In this document: piece after piece, positions 48,455 through 61,719 of the stretch
Layout: each line of letters opens with the position of its first letter
How positions within the stretch are numbered: position 1 is the stretch's first letter
Assembly (NCBI GenBank): GCA_013239625.1
Contig: MU053216.1
Span: 806,001 to 870,000, forward strand
Reading direction: 5' to 3'
DNA: 64,000 bases
Source: Lama guanicoe
Lineage: Eukaryota
Made by a program: the position numbers and the translations under genes
The notes under the pieces: model-generated
Database searches by the model: none
Seen by the model: the letters and a program-made list of their open reading frames with translations, nothing else
Told to the model about the DNA's origin: nothing

Positions 48455-51400
48455 CTGCAGNNNNNNNNNNNNNNNNNNNNNNNNNNNNNNNNNNNNNNNN
48501 NNNNNNNNNNNNNNNNNNNNNNGGGAGAGAAAGGACGGAAGAAACCGAGGAGGAAGGGGAGAGGAAGGGGGAGGGAGCGAGGGAGCGGGGAGGGGGCGGG
48601 CCGAGGGGGCAGGGGGAAAGAAACGCAAGGAAGGAAGCCGGGGAAAAGGAAAGAGCGCGGAAGCCGTGGAGCGATAGGGCGGGGCCGGAGGAAAAGGGGC
48701 GGGGCGGGGAAAATACAAATGAAAATTTAAAAATCAATCAAAGGAGGACCGAAGCCCCGCGGCTTGCCGGCGCTCAAGGGTGCCCGGTGCCGGGTCCCGG
48801 CTCCCCGCCCGCCCGTGGGTCCCGCGGGCCGTGCGCCGCCCGCCAGCGACAGCGGAGGCTGCGGGCTGCGGCTCGAGCGCAGGAAGGAGGGGAGGGGAAG
48901 GCGGAGGAGCCGCCGGAGGAGGGGAGGAGTGTGCGCGAGCGCAGGGAGGTGGCGAAGAGAGTGTCTATTTCTGGCTTGGGAGGGGGTGGTATCTGCAGCC
49001 GAGATCCAGGGGCGGGTGAGTAGGGGGTAGGGGGAGATGAAGGATTCGACCCGGTTTTCTCCTCGCTTTCCACTCAGGGACGGGCAGGTTCTGTGGGCAC
49101 GGGTGGCCCCCTGCCGCGCCCGGAGCCGGGGGCGGTGGGAAGGATCTGTCGAGGCGATGTTGGGGTGCAGGTAAAAGGCACTGAGCCTGGGCGGCTCAGG
49201 GCGCGGGAGGGAGAGGGTGGGCTCGTGGGGCCTGTGGAGAGATGCGGGGAGGGGTGGAGCAGTAATATCCAGGTCACTGGTTCCCCACCCCCACCTCCAG
49301 GAAACTCCCAGCCCCACCTTTCTCAGTCTCTCAGACTCAAGGCTGCCCCCCTGAGGTGGGGATGCCGCCAGAGGAAGGGGGTAGAGGGTGGGCGAGGTGG
49401 CAGAGAGACTGGGCCTGGGGCCAACCAGGCAGAGGCCTCAGGGCATTGGAGGAAGGGACTGGCTCTAGGATCTGCGATTGGGCTCCCGGTCTAACTGACT
49501 GCATGACCTTGTCAAAGTCATTGCACCCCTTGGCTCTCTGTCTTCTCCCATGGTCGTTATAACACCAGCTTCAGGGGTAGGACTTTGGAACTGCCAAGTG
49601 CTTTGTCAAACCCAGAGAACTAGGAGGAGGCTGAGCACTGGCCCCTCGCCTGCCAGAGCTCAAGTGGGGCTTTGGAGCAATTGAAAAAGACTAGGCCCAG
49701 GGAGGCGAGATGGGGTGGAAGGGGGAGGAGGCTAGAGGCTGATGGAGCAGGCAGCAGGGCTGTGCCTCAGGAGAGGGCGACACTGCCCATCCTCCAGGGC
49801 CTCCCAGGTCAGGGCCACATTGCCTGAGCAAACGTTCCTCTTTGCTCAGGCGAAGGACAGGAGAAAGGGGGGATGTCTCTGAACGCAGGCCCCAGTGGAG
49901 CCACACACTGGAGAGGGCGCAGCCCTGAGAACGCTTGGCCAGAACGCACTAGCCCTTGGCTCATCTGCCCCCCCTGCCCCAGCCCCCACCTCTAACCTCT
50001 CTCCTCGTGTTCATCACTGCAGCCCGCCCGGCCATTTGTGTGCGTGTCTGTCTCTCCCACCAGCATCCACTCTCTCGGAGGCAGAACGTGTCGCTCAGCA
50101 CCTCGTGTGGAGCAGATGCTCAGCTGTGCTGGTAACGTGGACGTGGAGGCCTGTTCTCCGGGCCTGCTCCTGTGTGACTCCTGGGTCCTGGTAGTGTCCC
50201 CAGGACTCTGCTTCCCATCACCCCAGGGCTGGACTGAGACACCATAAAGTTGCAAGGACAGGGGCCGTGGCAGAGAGGAGGTGCTGACCACAGTACAGAG
50301 AACACAGACTTCTCAAGCAGAGGGGTGTTTGGGAAGAGATGTGGATCCTGGGTGGGGCCTTGGAGAAACAGAGAAAGATGGAGATGCTGTCCTCAGGGAA
50401 CTCAATGTCTGGGAGGACATTCAAGATAATAGTTCAAGGCCTCGGAGAATAATAATCCCGTTGCTGGGAAACAACGACATCATGACCATCAACACATTCA
50501 CCAGGTAGACAGACGGAGGTGCGTGGACTCATTACTGGAATGCCAAGGGGAGACTAAGCCCCAGAGACCAGGGTCCCTGGTCATCTCAGTGATGCTGTAA
50601 CTCAGGGTCCAGCACTTCCTTAGTAGGGACTGAATACCTACGAGCATAGCAGTAAGACAGTGCTAGCAGTGACAGGATGGGTGGAAACCTGGCAGGCTTC
50701 CTGGAATAGGAGGCAGTATAAATAAGGAAGGGTTCACACCAGGAGGGCAGGGAGCAGGAGGTGGTGAGTGCCCAGCAGTGGCACTGCCTCCAAGGAGTAG
50801 AGGAGGGAGCTGGTGCAGGTTTACTAGAAGGTCCTGGGGCAGAGGGCACAGCACAGACTAGCCTCCACACCTGTGTCCAGCACTTAGGAGATTCTGTGTG
50901 GATTCAGGGCTCGTGACTTCAGGTAGGGAATGAGAAGCAATCGGATGTGTTAAAGGGACTTAAGAGGTTTTGCGCCAGAACGGTCTGGGCACAGAGAGCA
51001 CCCAAGGAGGAGGCCGGTCATCAGATCTTCCCTCTGGGGACACACCAGATGCTCATGCTTCAGTCCAAACACAAGACCCCAGCTCAGGGAGGGGATCAAG
51101 TCCCATCAAATCTCTGGGTGACCATGCCCTCCCTCCCCCAACCCACAGCCACTTTTCATGAAGTCACAACCACTTCTGAAGTTCTCATCCTTACTCAGAG
51201 GTCTTCTCAAGTTTGCACAAGACACAGCTAATTCAACCACAGGGGAATCTCACTGTTCCTAAAAATAGCAGTTTGAGAACCTGGGGACACTTCCCCTCGT
51301 GCACCTGGTTACGGCAGTCCTTGCTTGTTGTTTGTATTTCTCCTCCTGCACATCAGGTCAGTCTCCTCCTCAGCGGAGAAGGAGGAATTAACTGGCTGCC

Positions 51401-53254
51401 ATCCGACCGAGAAACATGATGTGCGCTGTGGCCCGCCCCAGCCAGCGTGTGCTGCTGGGGACAACGTCCAGGGCTCGTCCCTAGTGCCCGTGTCTCGGGG
51501 TCCCCCTCTCACACTAGTCCCTGGGTTGTCTGATGCTGCTCCACTGTTGCTCCGTCCACTGCCCCTCCTCGTCACTGGAGGCCCGCTGCCGTGGGACCTG
51601 ACCATCCATCCTTCCTGGTTCTCACTCCCTCATTCGCTCCAGGGTTTCCGCCTGGTCCTTGCCACTCCCTTCAGTCCTCTTTGTTCCTCTGTGCCTCCTC
51701 TCAGGGGATATCATTGCCCCAGTCCCCAAGCCCTTTCCCTCCCATCAATAAACAGCTCCTGGATTTACCTCCCTCTAGAAGAGAGGGTTTTCCAGAAGAG
51801 AGGAACCAGCCCCGCCCCAACTCCATCTGCACAAAACGCCACCTGTCAATCTGCGAGACGGAAAGCACCCTCTGTGCTCGCCTCCTGGGCTGATTCGGGG
51901 CTGATCCCCGTGAGTGCCGGTCCTCCAGGTACTGCTCACCCTCCCACTGTCCCTCTCTGAAGGGTCTTGCTGTGGTAGTCCCTTTAAATTGTCATCTTGG
52001 CCTCCTGGAACTTACAGACGCTCCCTAATGCAGCCTCTCCCTCTATCTGGCTCTTTTTTTTTTTTTAATTCCTTTCACATGCCCTGAGTTTCCCACCATC
52101 CTCTACTGCAATGGGAGCGCTCGGCTGCCGTGGCAACAGCCATTCCAGCATCAGTCGATAAAGCCAATATATGCAGAATGCTTCCTCGAGTGATTCCTGA
52201 AACGACAGGCTCCTGCCCTGGCACAGCGTCCCCGAGCCCGGCCTGGAGCCCCTGCCCTCTGCCCACTGCGGGGCAAACAGGCAGGGCTGGTCCAGTGAGG
52301 AGAGCTCACGAGAGGCTGTGTGGTGCGGCAGAGGCCCGGCTGGGCGGGGAGCGGGAGCTGATGCTGCAGTGACCAGCAGAAGGGAACTGGACCCTGCCCG
52401 GTCTCCAGAGGGGACACAGGGAAGGAGGCTGGTTTGGAATCATGGAAGCCCCCAGTCTCCGGCCCCCTAAAACCACTCGTCTCCTGACTCATCTCTCTCC
52501 AAAGGCGTTGGCAGTCTCTGGAACAGGGTGGGGTGACTGATTTGACCACGTCTGTTGACTGATAACTTAAAGCAATTTGAGGAATGAAGACACAGGCATC
52601 TGGCCAAGGACAGGCATGCTCTGTGATTTTACGTCCCCCCACCCTGAGACTAGAAGCAGATAGAACCCAGGTTGTCTGTGGGGGGTCTGGGGTCTACCCC
52701 TTGGTTTGAGGTAGGATTTCGGGGGGTGGGGAGAGAGGGAGAGAGGGGAAGTTGGGAAGGAGGGCTAGGCTGCTCCCATCTTGTTGACCTTGAAAGGTGA
52801 CCTTGGGAGGAGGGGGATCCGAGGCAGGGGTAGTGGGCAGGCAGGTCCACACTGGGCTCCCTCAAGAGCAAAGGGCAGAGTAGAGAAGACAGGAAGGTCT
52901 TCTTGATTTCTGTGCCCACAGTCAGGATCTGGAGAGATGGGGCTGGGCACTAGCCCTCCAGCTCTGGGCCAGGGCGGAGCTGTCATCAGCCCAGCTGAGC
53001 AACCAGCACCTTCTTTAAGGTGTCCCTGCGCAGAGCTAGGAGGAGGTTTTCCATCACATCCCCAGCAGATTCCAGCGCCTCCGCCTTTGTAGAAAGCCCT
53101 CCAGCCACTGATGCCCACTTCCTCCAGCCCTTTTCTCTGCCACTTCATCCCCCGTGTCCTTCCAGCTCTCAGCAGGGACTTCTCGAGCACTCAGAACACG
53201 CACGAGGCCAGGCTGGAGGCTGCTGACACAGCCAGCGCACCCAGACACGCAGCC

Positions 53255-53960
53255 TCACGTCTCACACCTGCTCAGTGCCTTCTCTACGCCAGCTGTGACA
53301 GGTGCCGGGGGGATGGCAGGGAGCATGACAGACAAAACCTCTTGTCCTCAGGGAACTTCCACTTGAACGGGAGGGACAGGCAATACATAGAAACAGTAGC
53401 CACTGAAACGCGCTAAGGAGTGAAAACAAGGCAGGAAGGGGAATACAGAACATCCGTGGGCAGGGGGTGAATTTTTGACACGGTGAGCAAAGAAGGCGTT
53501 ACTGAGGGTATCTGGGGAAGAGATTTCCAGGCAGAGGGAGCAGCCTGTGCAAAGGCCGAGGCAGAGTGTGCCTGGCGAGTTGGAAGAACTGCAAGGAGAT
53601 GGGAGGCACGACTTCGGGAGAGAAAGGATGGGGCCAGCACAGGGGGTGGTGGAGGCGAGTGTGTGGATGTTCTGAGGTCACGACTCGGACTTTCACTCAG
53701 TGAGCTGGGAGCCCCTGCAGGCTCGGAGCAGAGGACTGGGCCCCCTTGAAGGGTCACTCTGCCACAGGGGGCTGGACTCCTAGACAGGGGTGGCTGCAAA
53801 AATGGGGGTGAGAGATGACGGTGGCTTTGGTGGGGGTCAGGAGTGGTCACCTCCAGGCACATTTTGAAGCCATTAGGATTTGCTGAGGGACTGGCTGTGG
53901 GTGTGTGTGGAGAGAGGGGTCAAGGGGGTTTGGGGCCTGGACCACAGTCGGGTCAGAGCT
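53255..53960 (-). mobile_element. L2 LINE fragment
   Basis: Typical L2 segments: acagacaaaacctcttgtcctcagggaacttcc; tggggaagagatttccaggcagagggagcagcctgtgcaaaggcc; ggactttcactcagtgagctgggagcc. Confidence 0.75.
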
Positions 53961-55202
53961 GCCGTCGGGCAAGACAGAAGACTTGAGGAGCCAGTGTGGA
54001 GGAGGACAGAACCCTCCAGCCCCCTGGCCCTTCCTGACAGCACGGGGCCCCCTCCAGATGCCTCCCCTGACTCACTCCACGCAGTTTGCTGCAGCCGCTT
54101 CAGTAACTTCCTCCCACCCGTGGCCGACAGTCTTCATCCGCTCGTCTGTGCTCCCCAAGGCTCCCTCTTGGGTTGGTCTCCAGATAAGAAGCTCTTCTGA
54201 GAACGCATCACAGCCCTTTGCACGCAGTGGGCTCTCAGAGTATTTGATGAATGAGGAAGTGAATGAATGCGTGACTCAGAGCAGACGTGTGGGGGCTGTA
54301 AACAGCAGTGACCTCCCAGTACCCGTGGGGAGAGCCGGCGCAGCTGGCGCGCTGGAAAGGGAGCCAGGCCCTGGGATGGCGTCCCAGCAACCTCTCCTCT
54401 CCCCTCTCTGCAGCCCCGGGCCGCAGGGAGGCCAGCAGACCCTCTCTTTGCCCCTGCGAGGGACACACTGGTTCTTCAGCAGAATGACCTTGGAACGGGT
54501 CACAGCTGGGACCCTGTCCTCCCCACGTCCCTGCTTGCACACCTCTGGGAGACAGCCCAGCTGGGTGGGAGACAGATTCCTCCACCGTGATCCTGAGCCC
54601 CACCTCCACGGCCCCCGGGGGGAGGAGAGGAGCCAGCGGGCAGTGGCCCAGCAGGAACGCACCAGTGTGCTCGCACCTCCGGGCCTCAGCCAGGAAGCCC
54701 TCCCAGACTGACACACTCGCTTCCTCCCAGCCTTGTCACCACTTTGGTTTTGCCAGGGCCTGGCTCAGCCGCTCTGGTCCCAGGAGGCTCCCTCCCTGAG
54801 GGCTGGGGACTTTTCTTCTGGGCTCCAAGGCTGGGAGTCCACGTGAGCTCAGAGACATTTGCTGTCCACTCAGCTGCCGGGGGAACGAGGCCCAGCAAAC
54901 TGAAGGCGGGGAGTGCAGCCAGGGAGCGTGGGCTGGCCTAGCGTCTGGGGAGGGTGGGGGTGCTGAGGAACTCTCGCTGCAGCCCACGCGCCTCGGGGCT
55001 CACGTGCCTGGACACATCTGCCCTGACCCTCCAGGCCGACAGGACACAGATGAGGCTGCCCATTGGGGGAAATGGCCGCCTCCTCTAGGAAGCCTTCTCT
55101 GATTGCAGCCCAGGCTGGTCTTTAACTCTCCTCTCCACTGATTAGAGTCGGGGGGCCGTGCGGTCAAATTCTGCCCAGTTATACCCCAGGGATAGACCCT
55201 CT

Positions 55203-55561
55203 CTGTCTAGATGAATTGTAACCCCATGTTGGTACCTCTCCGAAAGTCACAAATTGAAACTCATCCCCAGCATGGTGGCAGGGCGTCTGGGCGGTAACTG
55301 GGTCACAAGGGCGGAGGTTCATGTGGGATTCGTGCCCTTGTAAGAGGAGCCGCCGGGCCGCTTGCTTCCTCTCTGCACCACTTGAGGACGCGGCGAGAAG
55401 ACAGCAGTCTGCAGACCAGGAAAAGAGCCCCTGCTTGGAGCTGAAATGGCCAGCACCTTGACCTGGGGCTTCCCAGCCTCCAGAACCGTGAGAAGTACAC
55501 TTGTGCTGTTGAAGCCCCCTGGTCCGCATCCTCCTGTTAAGGGGGCCCAGGCTGACGAGCC
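55203..55561 (+). mobile_element. ERVL-MaLR solo LTR (MLT1A/B-like)
   Basis: ttgaaactcatccccagcatgg...gggattcgtgcccttgtaagag...gccagcaccttgacctggggcttcccagcctccagaaccgtgagaagtacacttgtgctgttgaagcc. Confidence 0.85.
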
Positions 55562-55659
55562 GTCTCCCTCCGGGGAGCCGTTGGGAAGGGCTCGCTGACA
55601 CTTGTTAGGCTGAGGGGCCAGGGGTCTCACAGCCACTGCACACCTGTCGTTGCCAGGGA

Positions 55660-55810
55660 CCCTCCCAGACAGCTCATGTGCATCGTTTCATGAAACCCTC
55701 TGAAGCAGGGACTATCATTACCTTCATTTTACAGAGAAACACTTTCCCAGGGTCACCCTGCAGGCTGCTGGTGGAATCGGAATCTAGACGTAGGTCTATG
55801 GTCTGACGTC
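55660..55810 (-). mobile_element. MIR SINE fragment
   Basis: aaccctctgaagcagggactatcattaccttcattttacagagaaacacttcccagggtcac-like core. Confidence 0.65.
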
Positions 55811-56497
55811 CTTCCACAACGTCATGCTGTTACCGTGCAGCTGCTCCTGGGGCTCGCTTGGTAACTGCGTGTGACCCCAAGAAGTGTAGAGCCCCCATCG
55901 CAGGGACTCCGGGGCCATGGTGGAGGAGGCAGGACCGGGTCCTGGAGGGAGAGTGGAGAGGAGGCCCCACCTCTCCTCCTGTCCTGCCCAGGAGCTCCCC
56001 AGAGCCCAGATGCCCACTTGCCCTCGGGTCTGCATGGGTCTGGGACTGGCCTGCAGGGTCGTGGGGTGGGGACAGGCTGGCGGAGCCCTCCTGTGGGCAC
56101 AGCGGCTGGGCTGCAGCAGCACCGGTCAAAGCTCAGCCTCGTGACCTCTGTTCTGGGGTCCTGGTCACTTCCAGCGGATCTGGCACTCCCAACAAGCCCA
56201 GGACCCCTGGGGGACTTCCCCATTCTCAAGTCTGGGGGGCCTCAGGTTCCCTGCAGGACCGCTCTGTGGCCTTGAGAGAATGTCCATGTTCTCCACACGT
56301 CTGCTGGCCATGGAAGAATCCGTGCGAGTGGGGGTGGAGGGCGCCTACTCCCTCTGCTCAGGGCTGGCAGCAGGGAGGGGTGGGCTGAGGACCTGGCCGG
56401 ACACGGGACCCACTGGAAGGCAGATCCGCTGCTCCCTGGCTAATAGACAGACTAGGATAAGAAAGCTGGCTGTTTCCCACATGTGCTTGACTGGTGT

Positions 56498-56623
56498 GTT
56501 GCCATGGCAACCGCCCCACACACCTGCTGGGGTGTCCGTTGCACACTGGGCCCCAGAGGAGCGCTACGAGGCCCAGGTACCCGGTTCTGAGGCCAGGACC
56601 AACCAACCAGTTGCCATGGCGAC
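56498..56623. promoter_or_regulatory. Paired RFX X-boxes (candidate enhancer)
   Basis: GTTGCCATGGCAAC (56498-56511, perfect palindrome) and GTTGCCATGGCGAC (56610-56623). Confidence 0.7.
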
Positions 56624-56986
56624 CGCAGGCTGCCAGTGGGCGGGGGTGGGAACTCCAGGCAGGGGAAGGGGAGGGCAGGCTGGGCGGTGGGCCCTGTGTG
56701 GGAGGGAGGTGTGCAGACTGGCTGTGAGGGTGTGCATCCTCTGCTTCTGGCCAACCCAGAATCCACTCTGACCCGTCTGTGCAGAGTTGGGTGTTTTAAG
56801 GCCATTGAACCCCGATGCTCAGTGAACCTCAAAGGCAATTTTCCTCCCTGTTCTGCCTTGGGGCAGAACGGATCCATTTGGACTCAGTCCTATTACTCGC
56901 GAAGAAATCCAAAACCCTGATGAGGGAAGACAAGGCCTAAACCGGAGGCCGCCTGGCCGGCCCTGAGACGCCATCACTGCCACAGA

Positions 56987-57141
56987 GCAGGATTTCCTAA
57001 TCTGTGTTCACAGACTGGGCCCAGGAGGTCCATAAGACCCACCCTTAAATACGAGTCTTGGGTGTGACTACGTCCATTTGTCTGGGAGGCATACTGTGAC
57101 ATCAACCAGGCTCTGAAAGAGGCCACAAGATTAGAGACAGC
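56987..57141. mobile_element. MER103-like hAT-Charlie fossil
   Basis: caggatttcctaatctgtgttcacagactgggcccaggaggtccat...catttgtctgggagg...ctctgaaagaggcc. Confidence 0.5.
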
Positions 57142-59079
57142 TCCAGGAGGGAGGAGACACCTCGGCCCACCTGAGCCTCGGTAGCGAACCTCTCTCTGCC
57201 TGGACAGAAGGGCGCTCCCACTCCGCTTGGTGCTGGGTGGGCACCTCTTTGCTTTATTAGAGGCTTATCAGGTTTTTAACAGAGGCATTAAAGTTGACCG
57301 GAGATGCCATGGGCGCCTCTCTCAATGGGTTTTAGTGGAATCATCACTGGCGACCACTTGGCAGGGACAAAGCACTGGTGTGGCTGAGGGCCCGCCTGCC
57401 CGCAGCCTGATCTCAGCTCCGGACGCTCACCTCCTCTGAGCCTCCGGCTCCTGGGGGCCCGGCCCCCAGGGCAGGAAGGATGCTGTGAGCTCACGGTGTC
57501 AGGCTCCTGTCCTGGACTGTGGACTCGGGGCTGCCCCCACCCCCTGCTTCCAGTAGGGCTGAGCTCTCCTCCTGTCCCAGGCGCTCCCTTCCCTCTCTGA
57601 CCTCAATCCTTCTCATCAGAGGACATGCTCTCCGCCCACCCTGCCTGCCCTCCATGGAGGTGGAATGACTTTCTTGAGGGAAGGGATAGCCAAGGGGTTC
57701 TCTGACCCCCCAACCACTCCCAGGGCTTGGACGACCCCACATCCACCCGCCTCCCTCCACTCTCTGAACCCCTGACCCCACAACCCGGGATACACGCACA
57801 GGAAGGCAGGTTTTTCCTTCCTTCTGCCCCTTAAAGGCCTCACGTGGACAAACACTATGACCAGGGGTGGGTCTCAGCCCTTAGCCCTCCTGGCCACTGT
57901 GTCCCTGTCACCTCATTCCCCGCCCCACTGCCGCTCCCAGGGCGCCCTCTGTGCAGACTGCCAGTGTCTTCTGGAGGAGGGTCTCATCCTCTCACCACAG
58001 GGATGGGGGTCCTGTGGGGCGGGGGATGCTGTGTGCCGGCTGCTGCCTGCTCGGGGGTGCCCAGGGAGTTCCTTGAACGTGACTGGCTTGGTCGGGGCTT
58101 CCCTTGAGATGAGGGCCCTGCAGGCTCTGCCCCGCCTGGGCCCCCCGGGGAGACCCTGCTTCATGAGTCGGGAGGAGGACTGGCCCCCTTTGCCAGGGGG
58201 TTGGTGCGAAGCCCAGGGAAGCCAAGTCTTCAGGGCAACACTGGAAGTGAGGGCCTTCTGGGCATGGAACTTTCTCTCCGTGACTCACAGAGAGGCAGGG
58301 TGGGAGTTTAGCTAACAGCTCCTCCCGCGGCTGGAACTTCTGTCTGCCCCACAGCTTCCTGGGTAACTGCCCTGCTGCTGCAGGGGGTGGCCTGACCCGA
58401 GAGACCTCCTCCTGGTATCTTATCCTCAAGACGTGCCCAACGCCTGCAGGTGCAGGGCAGCATTTCCTAGGAAGAAAGGTAGCAGTTCATTTGAGGTGGG
58501 AGAGCTGAATCTCAAAACCCGGCCAGGAGGGGCTGCGTCTGGGACGGATGAGCATGGAACACAGGGGCGAGTCTCTAGGAAGACTCGGGCGAATGCGGTG
58601 GCTTTCCCAGCACCGGAGACCGCCGCTGCCTGCATTCTCGGGGGCGTCACAGAGCCAGAGCTCGGTCCTTGCTCTCTGGGCTAGGACACAGACTCAGAGC
58701 TGGGGCTTCTCCACCATGGGGCCGGCGTGCAGATCATGTCCAGCTGCCCACGTGGAACACTGCACCGCTCCAGAACAGCCACAGAGGCTCCACGGGGCAA
58801 AATCTTGGCCCACTTTGTCCATAGAAGTACCCAATCTCTAGAGCAGTGCCTGACACACAGTCGGTGCTGAATGAGAGTCTGGTGAACGGACAGGAACTGC
58901 CCCGGGGCTGGGCGGCACGGGGCCCTGCTTCCCCGGGTGGAACGGGAAGCAGGGAAGCCAGGCCTGGCCAGGCCTGGGTATTATTTCCCGAGCACTGGTG
59001 GGCGCAGACGCCACGGGGCCACTCGCGCCCCTTCCGGAGAGGGAGTGGTCAGGGCGCCCAGGACGCCCCGCTTGTGCTA

Positions 59080-59172
59080 TGTTTTCTTTCCTTTTTTCCT
59101 TCTTGTTTTAAAAATGGAGGGAATGGGGACTGAACCCAGGACCTGGTGCCTGCTAAGCACGTGCCCCACCCC
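59080..59172 (-). mobile_element. Partial Vic-1-type SINE
   Basis: Minus strand GTGCTTAGCAGGCACCAGGTCCTGGGTTCAGTCCCCATTCCCTCCATTTTTAAAA plus A-rich tail. Confidence 0.7.
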
Positions 59173-60369
59173 TCCTCAGCTCTGCTGGTTTTGAGCCTCC
59201 ACTAAAATGGCTCCCACGGGGCCGACCCCCCTTGGAGATGAGTCCTGTTCCCAGCCAAATGCTGACTTGAGAAGTAACCCCTGCCCCTCCCTCCCTACTC
59301 CTTCTCCAAAGGAATAGAATCCAGATCCCAGGTTCTAGTTCAAACCCCCAGCGGGGACTTCGGATGACCTCCCTGCTCTGGCCTCTCCCTCCGGGGGCCA
59401 AGCCCTGCCCCACTGGTCATCTCACAGCCTCCCCGGCCTCCCGGGGGTATTGGGACCTGGGACTTGCGCCCCTCCCTTGAGGTCACTGCAGGCATGGCCC
59501 AGAGCGTGACTCCTGAAGACCAGTGCCTGGCCTCCAGTCCTGGCTGGACCACCTGGGGATGTCACTCAGCCTCCACTCCTCTGTCAGGTACACAGGGCCC
59601 GCAGCGACAAGTAACACTCGGCACGCGTGGAGTGGTTGCTGTGCACCAGGACGTCTTCCGAGCACTTCGCTTATGCTGGCACACTTCACCCCCACAGAAT
59701 CCTAGGAGAGTGCTGGCATCATCGCAGAGGCACAGAGAGGTTTGTCACCTGCCCAAGGTTGCACAGCCAGCAAGCAGCAAGGCCGCAATGTGAAGAGGGC
59801 TGGGGTCCTGACGCTCGCATAGCTGTCAGACGGGTAAGAGGGCGCCGTGCAGGGTGCGGCTCAGAGGAAGCAGGTTAAGTGTCAGCCACTGCTGTTCAGT
59901 GTTCCTGTGACCTCCCGTCCCAGCTCCTGGACCTGGCTGTCTGCTGGGTCCCAGCTGCCTACCCTGTTTATCCAAACCCGGCCTCGGAAGGTCCTGCACT
60001 CCACACCTGTCTGCCTCACAGCGGCCCTGACCTGCCTGAGCCCTGAGGACACAGCTAATATCGCCTGCCTGGAGCTTGGACTGTGTTTTCTAGTCAATTG
60101 TCTGCATGTCCTCTCTCCATGGATGGCTGGGACACAGCCCAGCTTAGCCTGACAGTCCCCAGAGGGCAGGAACACGGCAGGGCCAACACAGCGTGAAATG
60201 ACAGAGTTTGGGGATGACAGAGCCGTGGCATCCTGGGCTTGGCTCGGGTCGGGGGAGATGCCGGCGGGGACTGGCTCACTGGACCTGGCAGAGGCAAGAG
60301 AAACCCAGCCCAGCTTGCACAGGGTGCAGTTAACCCAGCGGGTCCGGCAGCACAAAGAGGGCGACATTG

Positions 60370-60562
60370 ACAGGCCTGGGTGCAGCCCCCTCGCTGTGCA
60401 TCCTCAGACAAGTCGTTTTCCATAACCTCTCTGAGCTGAGCTCCCGCATCTGCACAGAACAACTGTCCCAACTGCAAAGGTGTGTAAGGTGCTTACAAGG
60501 GACATCACGGGGAGTGCTTGGCGCTGCGCCCTGCACAAGGTAAGTGCTCAATAAACAGCAGT
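60370..60562 (+). mobile_element. MIR SINE
   Basis: acaagtcgttttccataacctctctgagctgagctcccgcatctgcac ... gccctgcacaaggtaagtgctcaataaa. Confidence 0.75.
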
Positions 60563-61719
60563 CATCACCACTGGGTCCTCTCTGAGTCCGGGAAGCCGAA
60601 GGCAGTGGTCCTGATTTCTGCTCATCTGCCAACGACTGCCCTGAACCTCTCTGTCCTCGTCGAAAATGAGGCCACATTTGGGTGAAGCCAAAGTCTGCTA
60701 GAGCTTTGACTTCCTGGGTCCTTTGAGCTCCTTCGCAGCCCTGGGAGATTTGGATCTGGCCTGAGGTCGTGCCTGGGAGCCCAGGGCAAAGCCACCCCCA
60801 AGGGGAGGTGCCAGCCCTGCTCCTGCCCGGGGAAGGCCCCCCGGACCCGAAGTCTCTCCGGCTCCAGAACCCACACAGCGTGAAAAGCTTATATGCGGCC
60901 TGGAGATGGAGTCAGCTCAACCACCGAGAGGCAGGAAGGGAGGCTAACGGGCCCAGTGTGAGGCCACCTCCCCATGGCCCCTGCAGCCTCGCGTGAGAAG
61001 CGAGGCGGGTTGGGGGAGCCTGGCTTGTTCCCCAGTGACGTGTGCTACGACGAGAAAAGACCCCTTCATGACGTGGCTACTCAGTGCTCCCTCAACACGC
61101 CACAGAGCGGGAGCAATGAAGGAATCAGTGTCAGCCTCGGGGCGACCCTTCCCATCCCCTGCACATGCCTCGCACACGTGGGCCCCCAGGGACGCCAGCC
61201 TGGCTTTCCAAATTAGGATCTGACAGAGCCTGGATGCTGCTCTGTGCTGATGGCACAGCTGGGGGCGAGGGGGGTCAGGGCCCACCGCGGACACCCCCAC
61301 ACTCGCCCAGGGCAGAGGTGGAGGGAGCAGCTGATTGTGGAAGGCCAACCCCAGCACCCTGAGGGCGGCAGGTTCTCGCGGGAAATTCTCTTCCTGCTAC
61401 ACAAAGACCGTTCACCCTCCTGTGGGCTCTGTTCACAGGCAGAGCACGGGCGGGTGGCCGACCTCCTCGCCTGGGCCGCCTCAGCGCTCCCGAGGAGCAG
61501 GTGGGGAAGTGGGGACGACGCAGTCTCCAGGTGAGGCTCCCCGGGCTGCGCGCTGACCGAGAACGCCCTGAAGGCAGGTCCCGACTTAATCACCTTCTAC
61601 CCTGGGTGGAGCTCAGTGTCGCACGAGGCAAACGTGCTCACGGAAGCGTTGGTGAGCGAAGACAGTGACCAGCGAGCCTGTCCTGCCCGGGGCGTCTCCC
61701 CCTTCCTCTTCTTTCCGTT

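Larger units (their letters stand above)
46300..49200. promoter_or_regulatory. CpG island / NAV1 promoter region covering the ATG exon, its pyrimidine-rich leader and the start of the intron
   Basis: Very dense CpG and GC boxes (GGGGCGGGG at about 48595, 48680, 48700 and 46995) around the start-codon exon. Boundaries approximate. Confidence 0.85.

Noticed and set aside
47469-48737. Whole 422-aa ORF as a single-exon gene
   Set aside because: Only the 48454/48419-47672 part is NAV1. The ends are leader and intron sequence beyond the splice sites.
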